A stretch of 48,284 bases of DNA from an uncultured Oscillospiraceae bacterium (GTDB lineage Bacteria > Bacillota > Clostridia > Saccharofermentanales > UBA5734): contig CAYXIM010000002.1 of assembly GCA_964465385.1 (NCBI GenBank), positions 1 to 48,284 on the forward strand. The letters are read 5' to 3'. How positions within the stretch are numbered: the first letter of the stretch is position 1; every line of letters begins with the position of its first letter. Below are positions 46,920 through 48,284 of the stretch, piece after piece. Made by a program: the position numbers and the translations under genes. The notes under the pieces are model-generated. The model was not told the DNA's origin. It made no database searches and saw only the letters and a program-made list of their open reading frames with translations.

Positions 46920-47240
46920 TCACCCCTTCTTGATCGTGGTGTCTTTGGTTGGCTTGGTTTTATGGAGAATACCGGCCTTGGCCACCAGATGGGTCATGGT
47001 CGGGCTGATGATCCAGTACAGCAAGAGGACAAAAATCAGTTTCAGACGCAAGGCCCAGTTGGGGCTCAGGATCATCAGGCCCAGGCCGACAAAGCCGATG
47101 CCCAAGGTATCGCCCATACCCAAACCGTGGATGCGTGTGTAGGGATCTGGAAAACGGTAAAGGCCGTAGGTACCCAGGCTGAACATGGCAAAAGAAAGGG
47201 CAAAACAGCAGTTGGCCAAAACATTAATCACCTGCATCAT
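46920..47240 (-). CDS. monovalent cation/H+ antiporter subunit G
   Basis: LGTYGLYRFPDPYTRIHGLGMGDTLG is MnhG. Start at the MMQV Met pair (AGGAGG immediately upstream). The ORF is open to 47294. Confidence 0.82.
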   Translation of the reverse strand: MMQVINVLANCCFALSFAMFSLGTYGLYRFPDPYTRIHGLGMGDTLGIGFVGLGLMILSPNWALRLKLIFVLLLYWIISPTMTHLVAKAGILHKTKPTKDTTIKKG

Positions 47241-47532
47241 CCTCCTGATCTTTTCGGTGCGGTTTGATCCCCGGGATGCGCACGCTCCAATCACCGGGCG
47301 TCAAGACCCGGATGATCCACAAGGTGCCTGCAAAGCCCAGCAGCATAAAAACGATGGCAATATCAACAAACCCATATTCTTGGCGGTAAAAAGCGATCAA
47401 CAAGATCAGAACGCTCACTTTGCCGGTCAAGGCATTGATGGAAATCATACGGTCAATGACGGTCGGGCCAAGAATCGCCCGCAGGAGGACCAGAAGAATC
47501 AGGCCCGTCAACCCCACCACCACCCACAACAT
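47224..47532 (-). CDS. monovalent cation/H+ antiporter subunit F
   Basis: LLRAILGPTVIDRMISINALTGKV is MnhF. Confidence 0.85.
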   Translation of the reverse strand: MLWVVVGLTGLILLVLLRAILGPTVIDRMISINALTGKVSVLILLIAFYRQEYGFVDIAIVFMLLGFAGTLWIIRVLTPGDWSVRIPGIKPHRKDQEDDAGD

Positions 47533-47536
47533 CCCT

Positions 47537-48052
47537 TTATCCCCCTTGTCTGTTCGTTTCTAAATCCCTGATCCTGTCGATCAGCCGCCAGTAAAGCAGG
47601 CTGGTGCCAATTTCTTTGGTCAGGGCATGGACAATAAACCAGCCTGTATCAGGATCGACATCGATGGTTACCGTTCCCGGCGTCAAGGTGATACAGGTGG
47701 CCAGCAAGACACGAACCCAATTGCTTTCAATGTGTGTGTTCATTTCCACAAAGACCGGGTCCACTGGTTTTTTTCTGGACAAAAGGGTCTTTGCGACAAC
47801 ATAGTTGGCTTGAATCACATAGCCAACCAACAAAAGCAGGCAGTGGCCCAGTATGATCAGCTCTCTGCCATGCAAAGACCCCGGCAGGCGTAAACTCAAA
47901 TCATGCCAGAACCAGGTCATGAGGCCGGCTAAGAACAAGCCGGTCAACAGGTGCTGGAGGTTGACCTCGGCAGAAATGACAAGCCAGAAAGCAAACAGCG
48001 TGCCAAACAAGGCCAGCGTCCGTTTGTTCAAGCCCACCACTCCTTTCATCAT
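47537..48052 (-). CDS. Na+/H+ antiporter subunit E
   Basis: FAFWLVISAEVNLQHLLTG...TLTPGTVTIDVD is MnhE. Start uncertain: ATG at 48052, or TTG at 48031 with an AAAGGAG RBS. Confidence 0.8.
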   Translation of the reverse strand: MMKGVVGLNKRTLALFGTLFAFWLVISAEVNLQHLLTGLFLAGLMTWFWHDLSLRLPGSLHGRELIILGHCLLLLVGYVIQANYVVAKTLLSRKKPVDPVFVEMNTHIESNWVRVLLATCITLTPGTVTIDVDPDTGWFIVHALTKEIGTSLLYWRLIDRIRDLETNRQGG

Positions 48053-48202
48053 CCTGATCGATCCCGTGGCCGGGACATAAGCAAGCCCGGATGCCCCTCT
48101 CTGACGGTCTGTCAGTAACAGCTGCACCGGTCCAGTCCATACGTTTTTCCTTTTTACAGGAACACGTGCCTGGGCCAAAAAACACACAGGCGTATACCAT
48201 CT

Positions 48203-48230
48203 ATTATAGAAGGATTGTGGGTTTCGTCAA
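48203..48230 (-). promoter_or_regulatory. sigma-A promoter of the mrp-like operon
   Basis: Minus strand TTGACG (48225-48230), 16-nt spacer, TATAAT (48203-48208). Confidence 0.7.
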
Positions 48231-48284
48231 GCAAACCAGCTGGTGCCCGCTCCTGGTCAACCGACACAGACAGCCTGGCCTGTC

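Overview
48.3 kb chromosomal segment from a visibly GC-rich Firmicutes/Clostridia-like, probably spore-forming anaerobe; this taxonomic guess rests only on gene content and order and is low confidence. Most of the window is housekeeping. (1) 1-9977, minus strand: the complete S10-spc ribosomal protein cluster (rpsJ to rplO, 21 genes) followed by the 5' part of secY. (2) 10.4-19.3 kb, minus strand: a string of envelope and stress genes. In transcription order these are a CdaR/PucR-type regulator, ftsE, ftsX, a coiled-coil M23 peptidase, an S41 Ctp protease, a SAM methyltransferase, hslO, a PdaA-like deacetylase lipoprotein and a small hypothetical gene. (3) patB/malY-like lyase, an orphan MsmX/UgpC-type sugar ABC ATPase, and an argC-argB-argD-argF operon with a sigma-A promoter and tandem ARG boxes. 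(4) An FMN riboswitch controlling ribU plus a zinc-ribbon membrane protein, then alr and nnr. (5) A sharply AT-rich insert of about 1.3 kb carrying one COG1373-type AAA+/DUF4143 ATPase. (6) trxA, metA, a uridine-kinase-like P-loop protein, tag-glpQ-MFS, a second zinc-ribbon membrane protein, a GHMP (galactokinase-like) kinase and tadA. (7) 39.9-48.2 kb, minus strand: a 10-gene Mrp/Mbh-type cation:proton antiporter operon (E-F-G-DUF4040-B'-B-C-D-D-L) with a translationally coupled DUF1275/YoaK gene. I found no rRNA, tRNA, CRISPR array, transposase, integrase or phage genes. I did not find a convincing new multi-gene system. The best candidates for a second look are the AT-rich orphan ATPase island with its repeat-decorated promoter, the Mbh-ordered Mrp operon with a YoaK tail, and several small regulatory or architectural oddities listed below.
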